A stretch of 64,000 bases of DNA from NCBI GenBank assembly GCA_947449695.1, contig CANFST010000014.1:1430-65429 (forward strand), written 5' to 3'. The position numbers and the translations under genes were made by a program. Of the stretch, positions 54,636 through 64,000 are shown piece after piece (within the stretch, counting starts at the first letter, position 1; each line of letters opens with the position of its first letter). Below the pieces are notes generated by a model. It was not told the DNA's origin. It did no database searches and worked only from the letters and a program-made list of their open reading frames with translations. Source of the stretch: Chitinophagales bacterium (GTDB lineage Bacteria; Bacteroidota; Bacteroidia; Chitinophagales; CAIODY01).

Positions 54636-55292
54636 TTATTTCAACATAGTTTCGTTGTTTATAAAATGAATTCCTGATAATGTTGAATTGGCTTGTTTAA
54701 TCATGCTTTCAGCTACTTTATAGGATTCAGTTCCGGCGTATTTTTTCAAACGCCCAACAAATAAAAATGAAAGAAAGCGAAATATTTTCTGCGAAACACT
54801 TTCTAAAAATCTCTTTTCATTTCTATCACCTAATAAAATCGAAGGCTGAAAAATAAAAATGCTGGCAAATGGTAATAGTTGAACTGCTTGTTCCAACTCA
54901 CCTTTTACTTTTGAATAAAAAAATAAAGATTTTACGGAAGCACCCAATGCAGAAATCAACAATAATTTTTTCATTTTGTTTTGCGATGCAATGGTTGCAA
55001 TTCGAAGTGGCAAATCAAAATCAATAGCCCTGAAAGCTTCCTTAGAGCCTGCTTTTTTCATAGTGCTTCCTGTGCAGATGAATAAATCATCACCCTGCAA
55101 ACAATTTTGCAATTCATTTTCATTTTCATTCTCAAAATCAATCTCAATTACTTTTAATTTTGGATGATGGATAAGCAATGGTTTTCGAACTAATGCAATA
55201 ACATTTTTATAATTATCATTTGCCAGCATTTTACCTAACAAACTGTTGCCAATTAAACCTGTAGAACCAATTATTACTGCTGTTTTTAGCAT
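54636..55292 (-). CDS. NAD(P)H-binding atypical SDR protein
   Basis: The N-terminus AVIIGSTGLIGNSLL (GxxGxxG) is the only diagnostic motif. Confidence 0.6.
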   Translation of the reverse strand: MLKTAVIIGSTGLIGNSLLGKMLANDNYKNVIALVRKPLLIHHPKLKVIEIDFENENENELQNCLQGDDLFICTGSTMKKAGSKEAFRAIDFDLPLRIATIASQNKMKKLLLISALGASVKSLFFYSKVKGELEQAVQLLPFASIFIFQPSILLGDRNEKRFLESVSQKIFRFLSFLFVGRLKKYAGTESYKVAESMIKQANSTLSGIHFINNETMLK

Positions 55293-55301
55293 AGTTGATG
55301 A

Positions 55302-55625
55302 TTAAGCCATTGCAGCTGGTCCGCCAAAATTCATGGGCAACGGCGTTGGCATTTCAGTGTCTTTTATCACACCATGTTGTGCTTCAAATTTTTTGATATT
55401 ATCAGTTAAAGCCAACATTAATCGTTTTGCATGTTGCGGTGTAAGAATAATTCTTGATTTCACTTTTGCTTTTGGCATGCCTGGGACAATTTTTACAAAA
55501 TCAACCACAAATTCGCTGTGGCTATGGGTTATAATGGCCAAATTGCTGTAAATTCCTTCAGCAATTTCTTCGCTTAATTCAATATTCAATTCGCCATTTT
55601 GTTCAGGACCTGGTTGGTTATTCAT
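55302..55625 (-). CDS. DUF3467-family small protein
   Basis: 107 aa. YSNLAIITHSHSEFVVDFV...ILTPQHAKRL matches my recollection of DUF3467. I could not verify this here. Confidence 0.55.
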   Translation of the reverse strand: MNNQPGPEQNGELNIELSEEIAEGIYSNLAIITHSHSEFVVDFVKIVPGMPKAKVKSRIILTPQHAKRLMLALTDNIKKFEAQHGVIKDTEMPTPLPMNFGGPAAMA

Positions 55626-55637
55626 TTTTATGATAGA

Positions 55638-56105
55638 TTATTTGTTTAAAATTAATGTTGCTTTTTCGGGTAAAAATAATTTTGCATCACCACCACTTTT
55701 AATAATTTCTCTTACGATGGTTGATGAAACAGAAGCATGTTCGGCGGTGCAATTCAAGAAAATTGTTTCAATAGTGGGCGCCATTTTTTTGTTCATTTCT
55801 GCAATCGCTTTTTCATATTCATAATCCATTTGATTGCGTAAACCACGAACAATGAATTGGCAATTTTCTTGCTTAGCAAAATCAACGGTTAAGCCTTCAT
55901 AGGTTTTTATTTGTATTTTTTTTTCGGAAGAAAATGTTTGTTGAATCAGTTGCATTCTTTTTTCTAATGAAAATAAATATTGCTTATTTGTGTTAAAGCC
56001 AATGGCAATAATAATTTCATCAAACAACGGCAAAGCCCTGCGAATAATTTCTTCGTGCCCGATTGTAAATGGGTCGAAGCTGCCAGGAAAAATTGCTTTT
56101 TTCAT
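55638..56105 (-). CDS. coaD: Phosphopantetheine adenylyltransferase
   Basis: FPGSFDPFTIGHEEII (T/HxGH nucleotidyltransferase motif), 155 aa. Confidence 0.95.
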   Translation of the reverse strand: MKKAIFPGSFDPFTIGHEEIIRRALPLFDEIIIAIGFNTNKQYLFSLEKRMQLIQQTFSSEKKIQIKTYEGLTVDFAKQENCQFIVRGLRNQMDYEYEKAIAEMNKKMAPTIETIFLNCTAEHASVSSTIVREIIKSGGDAKLFLPEKATLILNK

Positions 56106-56114
56106 AGTGTGAAA

Positions 56115-56843
56115 TTAATTTTTCTTTTGAGATTTTTTTCTCATTCGCATATTCAACAATTCAACTACAAATGAAAATGCCATTGCAAAATAAACGTAGG
56201 CTTTTTCAACATGCACATGAAAAGCTTCAGCAACTAATAAAACGCCAATCATCATCAAAAACGAAAGCGCTAACATTTTTATTGAAGGATGTTTATTTAC
56301 AAAGTTGGCAATTGCACCACTAAAAATCATCATCAAAATCATGCTGGCAATTACTGAACCTATCATGATAATGTTTCTTGCATTAATGTCGTGAATATCA
56401 TTAACCAAGCCTACTGCCGTTAAAATAGAATCGAATGAAAAAACCATATTCAGCAAAGTGATTTGAATAATTCCATTCAACAAGCTCACACTTTTTTCTT
56501 TTCCGTTTTCACCATCCTCTTCGCCCTCCATTTTGTTGTGAATTTCTACGGTAGTTTTATACATCAGGAAAATTCCCCCAGCCAACAATATTAAATCTCT
56601 GCCTGATAATCCAAAACCAAACAGTGTAATGATTGGTTTTTCTAAACTCACAATCCAGTTGATGGCAAACAACAAAGCAATGCGTAATAACATGGCTAAC
56701 GCCAGACCAACATTTCTACCAAATGCTTGCTTGTTCTTAGGTAATCGAGAGCTTGCGATGGAAATGAAAATGATGTTGTCAATTCCTAAAACCAGCTCTA
56801 AAACAGTTAATACTAAAAATCCTGTGATATAAGTGGAAAGCAT
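56115..56843 (-). CDS. TerC-family integral membrane protein
   Basis: ELVLGIDNIIFISI and a second FSFDSILTAVG repeat, with seven hydrophobic segments. Confidence 0.8.
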   Translation of the reverse strand: MLSTYITGFLVLTVLELVLGIDNIIFISIASSRLPKNKQAFGRNVGLALAMLLRIALLFAINWIVSLEKPIITLFGFGLSGRDLILLAGGIFLMYKTTVEIHNKMEGEEDGENGKEKSVSLLNGIIQITLLNMVFSFDSILTAVGLVNDIHDINARNIIMIGSVIASMILMMIFSGAIANFVNKHPSIKMLALSFLMMIGVLLVAEAFHVHVEKAYVYFAMAFSFVVELLNMRMRKKSQKKN

Positions 56844-56846
56844 GTT

Positions 56847-57980
56847 TTAGCTATTTTTCTTCAATAAAACTTCTTCTAATTTCTTGCTCAATTCTTCGCC
56901 ACGTAAATCACGGGCAACAATAATTCCATCAGGATTAATCAAAAAATTGGTTGGAATTTGATTGATGTAATAATCCTTGCAAACCTTGCTATCCCAGCCC
57001 TTCAACTCACTTACATGGTTAGGCCATTCCAAGTGGTCAGCTTTTGCAGCATCAAACCATTTACCTTCGTTATCATCTAAGGACACACTGAAAACTGTAA
57101 AATTTTTTGATTTATATTTTTTATAAGCAGCCACTACATTTGGATTTTCACGGCGACACGGACCACACCAACTTGCCCAAAAATCTAATAACACCCATTT
57201 GTTTTTTATTGAAGAAAGTTTAAGATATTTTTTCTCGAAGCCTGGCAATTCAATTTCTTTGAAATGCTTACCTACCAAGTCTTCCACAATGTTTCCATAA
57301 TGTTTGATATAAGCTTTTGTGTATTTTGAATCAGGTGATTTTTTTTGTAATCGCTCACTCAATTTGTTCACAATTTCTACATCTTTTTCAGGGTTTAATA
57401 AACTTACTGCAAAAATGGCTGCGATGTTGTAATGTGTAGTGTCGATAAAATTTTTGATTTGATTCATAAATCCATCCACTTTGGCATCTGCGTTTTTCTT
57501 GAAGGCTGTTATGGCCGAATCGCCTGCATTTTGTTTTTGCAGATTAATATATTCAGTTTGCAACTTGGTTAATTTCAAATTGTTTGATTGAATGCTGTCA
57601 ATTAATTTTTTCAAAACTTCTGATTCTGCCGAACCACTGATTTTGTAGCTTAAAGGCATTTGAGCATCAGCCATAAATTTTATTTGCTCATTTTTGTCTA
57701 GCACAAAAAAGTAAGTCATGTTATTAGTCAAACGAATTCGATACATCGATTTTTCACGAACATTACCTTTGAAAGAAAATTCTCCATCGCCATCAGTTAA
57801 AGTAGTATCAACAGTTACAGCCGCTTCACCTAAATTTACTTCTTCTAAAAAAAGTTTTTGTTTGGCGTAATTTTTTATATCGCCTTTAATAGAAAATCCA
57901 GTTGAATTTTTATTGCTGTTGCAATTTGAAAAAAAGAAAATACCTAAGATAGAAAGTACTAAAAATATTTTTTTGTGCAT
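56847..57980 (-). CDS. TlpA-like thiol:disulfide oxidoreductase with N-terminal DUF4369-like domain
   Basis: Lipoprotein-like signal (FFFSNC) and the C-terminal thioredoxin fold FWASWCGPCRRENP. Confidence 0.8.
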   Translation of the reverse strand: MHKKIFLVLSILGIFFFSNCNSNKNSTGFSIKGDIKNYAKQKLFLEEVNLGEAAVTVDTTLTDGDGEFSFKGNVREKSMYRIRLTNNMTYFFVLDKNEQIKFMADAQMPLSYKISGSAESEVLKKLIDSIQSNNLKLTKLQTEYINLQKQNAGDSAITAFKKNADAKVDGFMNQIKNFIDTTHYNIAAIFAVSLLNPEKDVEIVNKLSERLQKKSPDSKYTKAYIKHYGNIVEDLVGKHFKEIELPGFEKKYLKLSSIKNKWVLLDFWASWCGPCRRENPNVVAAYKKYKSKNFTVFSVSLDDNEGKWFDAAKADHLEWPNHVSELKGWDSKVCKDYYINQIPTNFLINPDGIIVARDLRGEELSKKLEEVLLKKNS

Positions 57981-57998
57981 GAATTTGAAACGAAGTGG

Positions 57999-59237
57999 TT
58001 AAAAAACTTCGCCCAAATTTACAAAAAATCCTTGAGAACCATTTTGCCCCCAACCATAATCAATGCATAAATTAGTGTCGGATAGTTTGTTGATTAGAAT
58101 TCTTAATCCAGCGCCATAACCCAATTCAAAAACATGATGATTAGTTATAACAACATCTCTTGTGAAGGTTTGTGCATTAGCAAACACAACACCTCCCAAC
58201 AAGCCATTGTTCAATATTCTAAAGCGATATTCAGCTTCAGCATACGACATGTTTCTACCTCTAAATCTGCCCTGAATATATCCTCTGCCTGTATTAAAAA
58301 AATCATCCCAACCTGTGCTGGGCAATAATAGATAAGGTGTTTTTTCAGCCCCCATGCCTGTTGTGAACCAATTGTAATTCCATAAAGCCAATACGTTTTT
58401 TGAATTTTGAGGAAATGTAAAATACTTTTTCAATTCAATCACCTCTGATTGCCAATGTGTGCTGCTACCCATCCAACGCAGGTTTTTGCGATAATTTGCA
58501 CTTAAATAAAATCCTTTTTTAGGGTTGACTTGATTATCGCGACTATCATACAATAGTTGAAAATTGAAACCCGAAGCAGTTTCATTAGAGTGAATACCAT
58601 AGCGCTGAAAACTTGTAACAGTTTTAGCTGGTGGGTCAACCTCCTTTTCGTTCCATAAATAATCATAAAAATATCCTGCGCCGCCATACAAGTTGGTTGC
58701 TATTTTTCTTAAAATTGATTCATGAAATTTTATGTACGAAAAATCAATGTAATAGCCAGTTTGCTCGGCATTGTATCGCCGTGGATTACCACTTAATCCA
58801 AAGGTTTCGGATGGATATTTCATAAACCGATTATCGGAAACGAAATTATATTTATCATGTCTTGTCCAAATATCAGCATGTACTGGAAAAATAACCTGAT
58901 TGTATTGTGTATAAGCTATGTTGCCAAGCATTGTTGACACTTTAGAATCTTTAAAAGCAAACACCATATTGGCGCTCATCAACGCTGCAAAGCCAGTTTG
59001 CAAGGTATATCCAGCAGCAGGGGCAAAAGCAAATTGCGGTTTTTCGGTGGCTGCTCGAGCTAATGTGAAGTTAGATTTGGAATGTGTAATTCTTTTGTAA
59101 AAATCAGTAATGTCCCATTGTCTAGAGGTTTGTATAGAATCTGTTTTTTGCTGAATTGCAGATACTTTTTGAGCAAACGAAATTTCTATTTTTAACAATA
59201 GTATTAATAGAAAGATTAAAAAAAATTTGGATTGCAA
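57999..59237 (-). CDS. Outer-membrane beta-barrel protein (Omp85-like barrel without POTRA)
   Basis: Signal peptide ...EISFAQ, alternating beta-strand pattern and C-terminal ...FFVNLGEVF ending in Phe. The start is TTG with no in-frame ATG nearby. Confidence 0.5.
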   Translation of the reverse strand: MQSKFFLIFLLILLLKIEISFAQKVSAIQQKTDSIQTSRQWDITDFYKRITHSKSNFTLARAATEKPQFAFAPAAGYTLQTGFAALMSANMVFAFKDSKVSTMLGNIAYTQYNQVIFPVHADIWTRHDKYNFVSDNRFMKYPSETFGLSGNPRRYNAEQTGYYIDFSYIKFHESILRKIATNLYGGAGYFYDYLWNEKEVDPPAKTVTSFQRYGIHSNETASGFNFQLLYDSRDNQVNPKKGFYLSANYRKNLRWMGSSTHWQSEVIELKKYFTFPQNSKNVLALWNYNWFTTGMGAEKTPYLLLPSTGWDDFFNTGRGYIQGRFRGRNMSYAEAEYRFRILNNGLLGGVVFANAQTFTRDVVITNHHVFELGYGAGLRILINKLSDTNLCIDYGWGQNGSQGFFVNLGEVF

Positions 59238-59298
59238 AAAGAAAATTGATTTTATGAAAAAAAATATTGCGGAATAGACACTTTGAAATTTTAAAGGT

Positions 59299-60753
59299 TT
59301 ATTCGCTCAAATATTTATTTACCAACTGATTCACAATTTTTGGTTCGGCTTTGCCTTTGCTCAATTTCATTACTTCGCCTACAAATAAGCCTTGCAGACT
59401 GGTTTTGCCGTTTTTGTACTCAGTCACTTTTTCAGGATATTTGGCAATGGCTTGTTTCACTAATTCTTCAATTGCTGATGCATCGCTTTCTTGCAACACA
59501 TTCAATTCTTTTGCTAAATCAAGAATATTTGCCTCTGGTTTTTGAACTAAAGCTGGGAATATTTTTTGCGACGCAACAGTGTTTGAAATTTTTCCACCAT
59601 CAATAGCATCAATCAATTCACTGATTTTTTTTGCTTCAACCGGGAACTCAGTTATTGAAATTGCTTTTTCGTTCAAGTAACCTTTAATGCTTACCATCAG
59701 CCAGTTAGCAGCTGATTTGTAATTCTTCTGAAAGGAAATTAATTCCAAATAATATTGAGCAATTTCTTTTTCATCAGCTAATACATTCGCATCATATTCA
59801 CTCAAACCAAATTCAGTTTTGAATCGATGAATTAATTCTTCAGGCAATGCAGGCATTTCGGCTTTTGCATCGCTTATAAATTTTTCATCTAAAATTACTG
59901 GTGGCAAATCGGGTTCAGGAAAATATCTGTAATCGTTGGCTGCTTCTTTGCTTCGCATATCGAAAGTGCTGCCATCGGCTGCATTGAAGCTACGAGTCTG
60001 CATTTCAATCCATTCGCCTTTTTCCACCATTTCAATCTGACGATACATTTCGTATTCAATCGCACGTTTTACATTACGGATGGAGTTCATGTTTTTCACT
60101 TCTACTTTCGTTCCGAGTTTTTCTGCACCTTTCAATCTTACTGAAATGTTACAATCGCAACGCAATGAACCTTCTTCCATGTTGCCATCGCAAATATCCA
60201 GATAGCGAACCAGTTTTCTTATGTAAGTCAAATATTCGTAAGCATCGTCAGCGCTGCGTAAATCAGGTTCTGAAACAATTTCAATCAATGGCACACCAGC
60301 ACGATTCAAGTCAATTAATGAATTGAACGGGTCTATATCATGAATACTTTTTCCAGCATCTTCTTCTAAATGTATTCGTGTAATTCCGATATATTTTTCC
60401 TCACCATTCACTTTGATTTTTATTTTTCCATCAGTGCAAATAGGCGTTGTATGTTGTGTGATTTGATAACCTTTTGGCAAATCAGCATAAAAATAATTTT
60501 TACGAGCAAATGCATTGTATTTGTTGATTGTACAATTGGTTGCCAATCCCATTTTGATTGCCAGTGTTAAGGAGCGTTCGTTCATCACAGGTAAAGTACC
60601 TGGATGGCCTAATGAAATAGGACTCACCTGCACATTCGGCGATAAGCCAAATTCTGTCCCATCACTGCAATAAGCTTTGCTATTGGTTTGTAATTGTGCA
60701 TGCACTTCCAAACCAATAACCATTTCGTATTTATCTAAAACTGATTTATCCAT
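59299..60753 (-). CDS. gatB: Asp/Glu-tRNA(Asn/Gln) amidotransferase subunit B
   Basis: YEMVIGLEVHAQL N-terminus, HLEEDAGK motif and a C-terminal YqeY-like tail. Confidence 0.96.
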   Translation of the reverse strand: MDKSVLDKYEMVIGLEVHAQLQTNSKAYCSDGTEFGLSPNVQVSPISLGHPGTLPVMNERSLTLAIKMGLATNCTINKYNAFARKNYFYADLPKGYQITQHTTPICTDGKIKIKVNGEEKYIGITRIHLEEDAGKSIHDIDPFNSLIDLNRAGVPLIEIVSEPDLRSADDAYEYLTYIRKLVRYLDICDGNMEEGSLRCDCNISVRLKGAEKLGTKVEVKNMNSIRNVKRAIEYEMYRQIEMVEKGEWIEMQTRSFNAADGSTFDMRSKEAANDYRYFPEPDLPPVILDEKFISDAKAEMPALPEELIHRFKTEFGLSEYDANVLADEKEIAQYYLELISFQKNYKSAANWLMVSIKGYLNEKAISITEFPVEAKKISELIDAIDGGKISNTVASQKIFPALVQKPEANILDLAKELNVLQESDASAIEELVKQAIAKYPEKVTEYKNGKTSLQGLFVGEVMKLSKGKAEPKIVNQLVNKYLSE

Positions 60754-60914
60754 TTTTAAAAATTCGAATTGCGAAGATATTGAATGATAAGCGATTTTTT
60801 TGATTTGCGATGAAACACAATATTTTTCAGTTCTTATCAGTTATTGCTTTCTGCAACGAAATCAAAACTGATTTCCTATCTTGCAAACCATTTTAAATCT
60901 AATAAAATTAGTTG

Positions 60915-61811
60915 ATGAACAACCAAAACCTGAACCTATTTGATGTTTTTAAAATTTTGTGGAAATGGCGTAAAACTGTTTCGATAATTTGTGGTATTGC
61001 CATAGTAGCCGCTACTGTTGTGGCATTCATCATGCCTAATTATTATAAATCAACAGCCATTTTTTATGCTGCCAATCCTGCCATGAACGACCGACAAAAT
61101 TTATTTCGTGAGCAAGCAGGCAATTTGCCTTTGGAATATTTTGGAACGGAAAGTGATGTGGATAGAGTTTTACAAATTTGTAAATCAGCTGAAGTAACGG
61201 CTTATATGATTAACAAATATCACTTGGGTAGTCATTACAAAATTGATTCAACAGCGAAATTTTATAACACCAAAGTAAGAGAAGAATTTAAAGACAACAG
61301 CAATATTCAGCGCAACGAATTGGGTGCTGTTGAAATTACCATTTGGGACACCGATGCCAAGCTGGCTGCGGAAATTGCCAATGATATTGTGCAAACTGCT
61401 GATGACCACAACAAACAATTTTTCATCAACAACAACGAAAAAAGTATTGCGTTAATGAAAAAAAATAAAGAGGAAAAACAATTAGAAGTAAATCAATTGA
61501 CCGACACTTTAGCTAAGTTGCATGCACATAATGCTAACGCTGATTTGATAAATACTTTAGACATGAAAAAACAATCGGCGGTGAAAGATTTAGCATCTTT
61601 AACTAAATTGTTTGAGCAGTTTGAAGCCGCAGCCAGCAACGATTTCAGCACAGTAAATATTATTGAGAAAGCGTATTTTTCTGAAAAGAAAGACAAGCCT
61701 TTGCGTTCCCTAATTGTTATTGCAACCTTGTTGGTTACACTTTTGGTAACAACTATTGCATTGCTAATTATGGAACGTTGGAAAGTGATTAAACCCGAAT
61801 TGGAGAAATAA
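60915..61811 (+). CDS. Wzz-like chain-length determinant protein
   Basis: N-terminal TM (VSIICGIAIVAATVVAFIM), PNYYKSTAIFYAAN, a coiled-coil middle and a C-terminal TM (LIVIATLLVTLLVTTIALLIM). Confidence 0.55.
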   Translation: MNNQNLNLFDVFKILWKWRKTVSIICGIAIVAATVVAFIMPNYYKSTAIFYAANPAMNDRQNLFREQAGNLPLEYFGTESDVDRVLQICKSAEVTAYMINKYHLGSHYKIDSTAKFYNTKVREEFKDNSNIQRNELGAVEITIWDTDAKLAAEIANDIVQTADDHNKQFFINNNEKSIALMKKNKEEKQLEVNQLTDTLAKLHAHNANADLINTLDMKKQSAVKDLASLTKLFEQFEAAASNDFSTVNIIEKAYFSEKKDKPLRSLIVIATLLVTLLVTTIALLIMERWKVIKPELEK

Positions 61812-61813
61812 TT

Positions 61814-63262
61814 TTGAAAGAAAAACTTTCACATAGTTTAATTGCCAATCCTGTGCAATGGCTTTATTCATGCGCCTTTGCAAGTATTGCTTGTGTATTG
61901 GCTGGTTTTTATTTTCAAATTTATGCATTGTGTTTGTTGCCGGTTTTAGCTGCCGGATTTGTCATCACTTCAATTAACTGGAACTTCATTTATTTTTTGA
62001 TGTTGGCTTCTTTACCGGTTTGTATGCCGATTTTCATTGGCAGTTTAAGTACTGATTTACCAACCGAACCTTTGATGGCAATTTTGATGTTGTGCTATTT
62101 TATTTTTCTACTTACACAAAAAAATAATTCGCAGAAAAAATATATGAATCATCCGTTTGTGCAAATTGTTTTGTTGCAATTTGTTTGGTACATCGTGGTG
62201 GCAATTTTCAGTACAGTACCCATCATTTCAATGAAATATGTGCTGGCTAAAACATGGTATATCACAGCATTTCTGCTGGTTACACCATTGGTGATGAAAG
62301 AAGTAAAGCATTTTAAAATTGCTTTTTGGTTGATTTTTTCAACGTTGTTTCCAGTGATGATTTACACTATTATCAATTCTTATTTTCATGGATTTCAGTT
62401 TGATAATTCCAATTTAATGTCTGCGCCATTTTTCAAAAATCACGTTGATTATGCCTGTGCATTGAGTATTGTTTTTCCAATGTTATTCGTGGCTACAAGT
62501 TGGTATAAACGTGGTGATTTGAAAAAAATATTACTGCAAATCAGCATTGTGATTTTTCTGTTTGCCATTTTCATTTCTTACACACGAACCGCATGGTTAG
62601 CAGCTTTGCTGTGTTTGCCTGTTTATTTTGTTTTCAAATGGAAAATGATAAAACCTGCCATTATAGCCACAGCATTAGGTTTGGCGTTGTTCGTTGGTTT
62701 TATTACCTATCAAAATCGGTTTATGGAATATGCGCCCGATTTTAAGAAAACCATCATGCACCACAATTTAGCTGACCATTTAAAAAGCACTGAAACGCTT
62801 AATGATGTGAGCAGTGCAGAGCGATTGTATCGTTGGGTGGCAGCTTGGGAAATGTTTCAGCATCGCCCAATTACAGGCTTTGGGCAAGGCGGCTTTGTGG
62901 CGAATTATAAAAATTATGCAGTGAGTTTATTCACCACTTATGTAAGCGGAAATGAAGAACGTTCAACGGTTCATAATTATTTGTTGTTCATATTGAGCGA
63001 ACAAGGTGTAATTGGATTTTTACTGTTTATTATTGTTGTTATGATGGTTTTAATCAGAGGTCAAAAAATTTATCACGAAACAATGGATGCCACCGAACGA
63101 GCCATAGTAATGGGTTTACTGATTTCTTTTGTGGTGGTATTATTCGATAATATGCTCAGCGATTTGATGGAAGCAGTGAAAGTTGGTCCTTTCTTTTATT
63201 GGATAATTGCCTTGTTGGTGATTCAAGATTTGAAAAATAAAAAAAGCCAATTCATTTTTTGA
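61814..63262 (+). CDS. O-antigen ligase/polymerase-like (Wzy_C domain) membrane protein
   Basis: About 10-12 TM segments plus a loop with ISYTRTAWLAALL and ITGFGQGGF, typical of the O-antigen ligase family. The TTG start is 2 nt after the upstream stop. Confidence 0.65.
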   Translation: MKEKLSHSLIANPVQWLYSCAFASIACVLAGFYFQIYALCLLPVLAAGFVITSINWNFIYFLMLASLPVCMPIFIGSLSTDLPTEPLMAILMLCYFIFLLTQKNNSQKKYMNHPFVQIVLLQFVWYIVVAIFSTVPIISMKYVLAKTWYITAFLLVTPLVMKEVKHFKIAFWLIFSTLFPVMIYTIINSYFHGFQFDNSNLMSAPFFKNHVDYACALSIVFPMLFVATSWYKRGDLKKILLQISIVIFLFAIFISYTRTAWLAALLCLPVYFVFKWKMIKPAIIATALGLALFVGFITYQNRFMEYAPDFKKTIMHHNLADHLKSTETLNDVSSAERLYRWVAAWEMFQHRPITGFGQGGFVANYKNYAVSLFTTYVSGNEERSTVHNYLLFILSEQGVIGFLLFIIVVMMVLIRGQKIYHETMDATERAIVMGLLISFVVVLFDNMLSDLMEAVKVGPFFYWIIALLVIQDLKNKKSQFIF

Positions 63263-63275
63263 ATTGGCTTTTTAG
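63241..63275. terminator. Bidirectional rho-independent terminator (ligase-like gene / atpC)
   Basis: A 9-bp stem (GCCAATTCA / TGAATTGGC) flanked by AAAAA and TTTTT. It overlaps the TGA of the plus-strand gene. Confidence 0.8.
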
Positions 63276-63293
63276 GAAAAATTATTTTATCAA

Positions 63294-63536
63294 TTATTTA
63301 GCACCTTCTACCATCACATTGATTTTGTTGTTCAATACTTCAACAAAACCACTTTTTATTTTTACCAAAGTATCCTTTCCATTTTGACGAATACGAATTT
63401 CGCCTTCTTTCAATGATGAAATCAATGGCGCATGGTCTTTCAATATTTCAAATTTTCCATCAGCGCCTGGCATTAATATACTTTCTGCTTCACCACTGAA
63501 GAATTTTTTTTCTGGAGTTAAAATTTCAACTGTCAT
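63294..63536 (-). CDS. atpC: F0F1 ATP synthase epsilon subunit (short form)
   Basis: 80 aa. MTVEILTPEKKFFSGEAESILMPGADGKFEILKDHAPL is the beta-sandwich domain. It lies directly downstream of atpD. Confidence 0.88.
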   Translation of the reverse strand: MTVEILTPEKKFFSGEAESILMPGADGKFEILKDHAPLISSLKEGEIRIRQNGKDTLVKIKSGFVEVLNNKINVMVEGAK

Positions 63537-63542
63537 TGCTTA

Positions 63543-64000
<458 letters not shown>

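Overview
This is a low-G+C chromosomal segment that looks like a Bacteroidota genome. Supporting signs are a T9SS C-terminal sorting domain protein, TAnnTTTG-type -7 promoter boxes, a 287-aa RpoD, an 80-aa ATP synthase epsilon subunit and many TTG starts. I call about 60 protein genes, one tRNA-Ser(GCU) and one SAM-I riboswitch with its terminator. I saw no rRNA, CRISPR array, transposase, integrase or phage genes. Housekeeping genes include pdxH, rpoD, guaA, recQ, rnhB, trmD, ribF, hom, lysC, tatC, coaD, gatB and atpDC. Other content is two large hybrid sensor kinases, a Wzx/Wzy-type polysaccharide locus of about 11 kb (14.3-25.4 kb) that looks more A+T-rich than its flanks, and a separate Wzz-like/O-antigen-ligase-like pair (60.9-63.3 kb). 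There is also a NatAB-like ABC exporter, a KirBac-type K+ channel and several outer-membrane and thioredoxin-fold proteins. Three items deserve a second look. (i) A tightly packed operon (36.65-42.8 kb) translationally couples aspartate kinase, through two TTGA overlaps, to an ePK/APH-like kinase, a nucleotidyltransferase-like/thymidylate-kinase-like fusion, a hexapeptide acetyltransferase and a GT4 glycosyltransferase. I do not recognise this arrangement as a described system. (ii) Just upstream of that operon sit a candidate promoter, a 23-codon ORF and a hairpin with a T-run, which together look like an attenuator. (iii) Two overlapping 47-codon lipoprotein genes, absent from the supplied ORF track, lie next to an orphan feoA. 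All functional calls come from motif recognition by eye. No database search, RNA folding or composition calculation was run.
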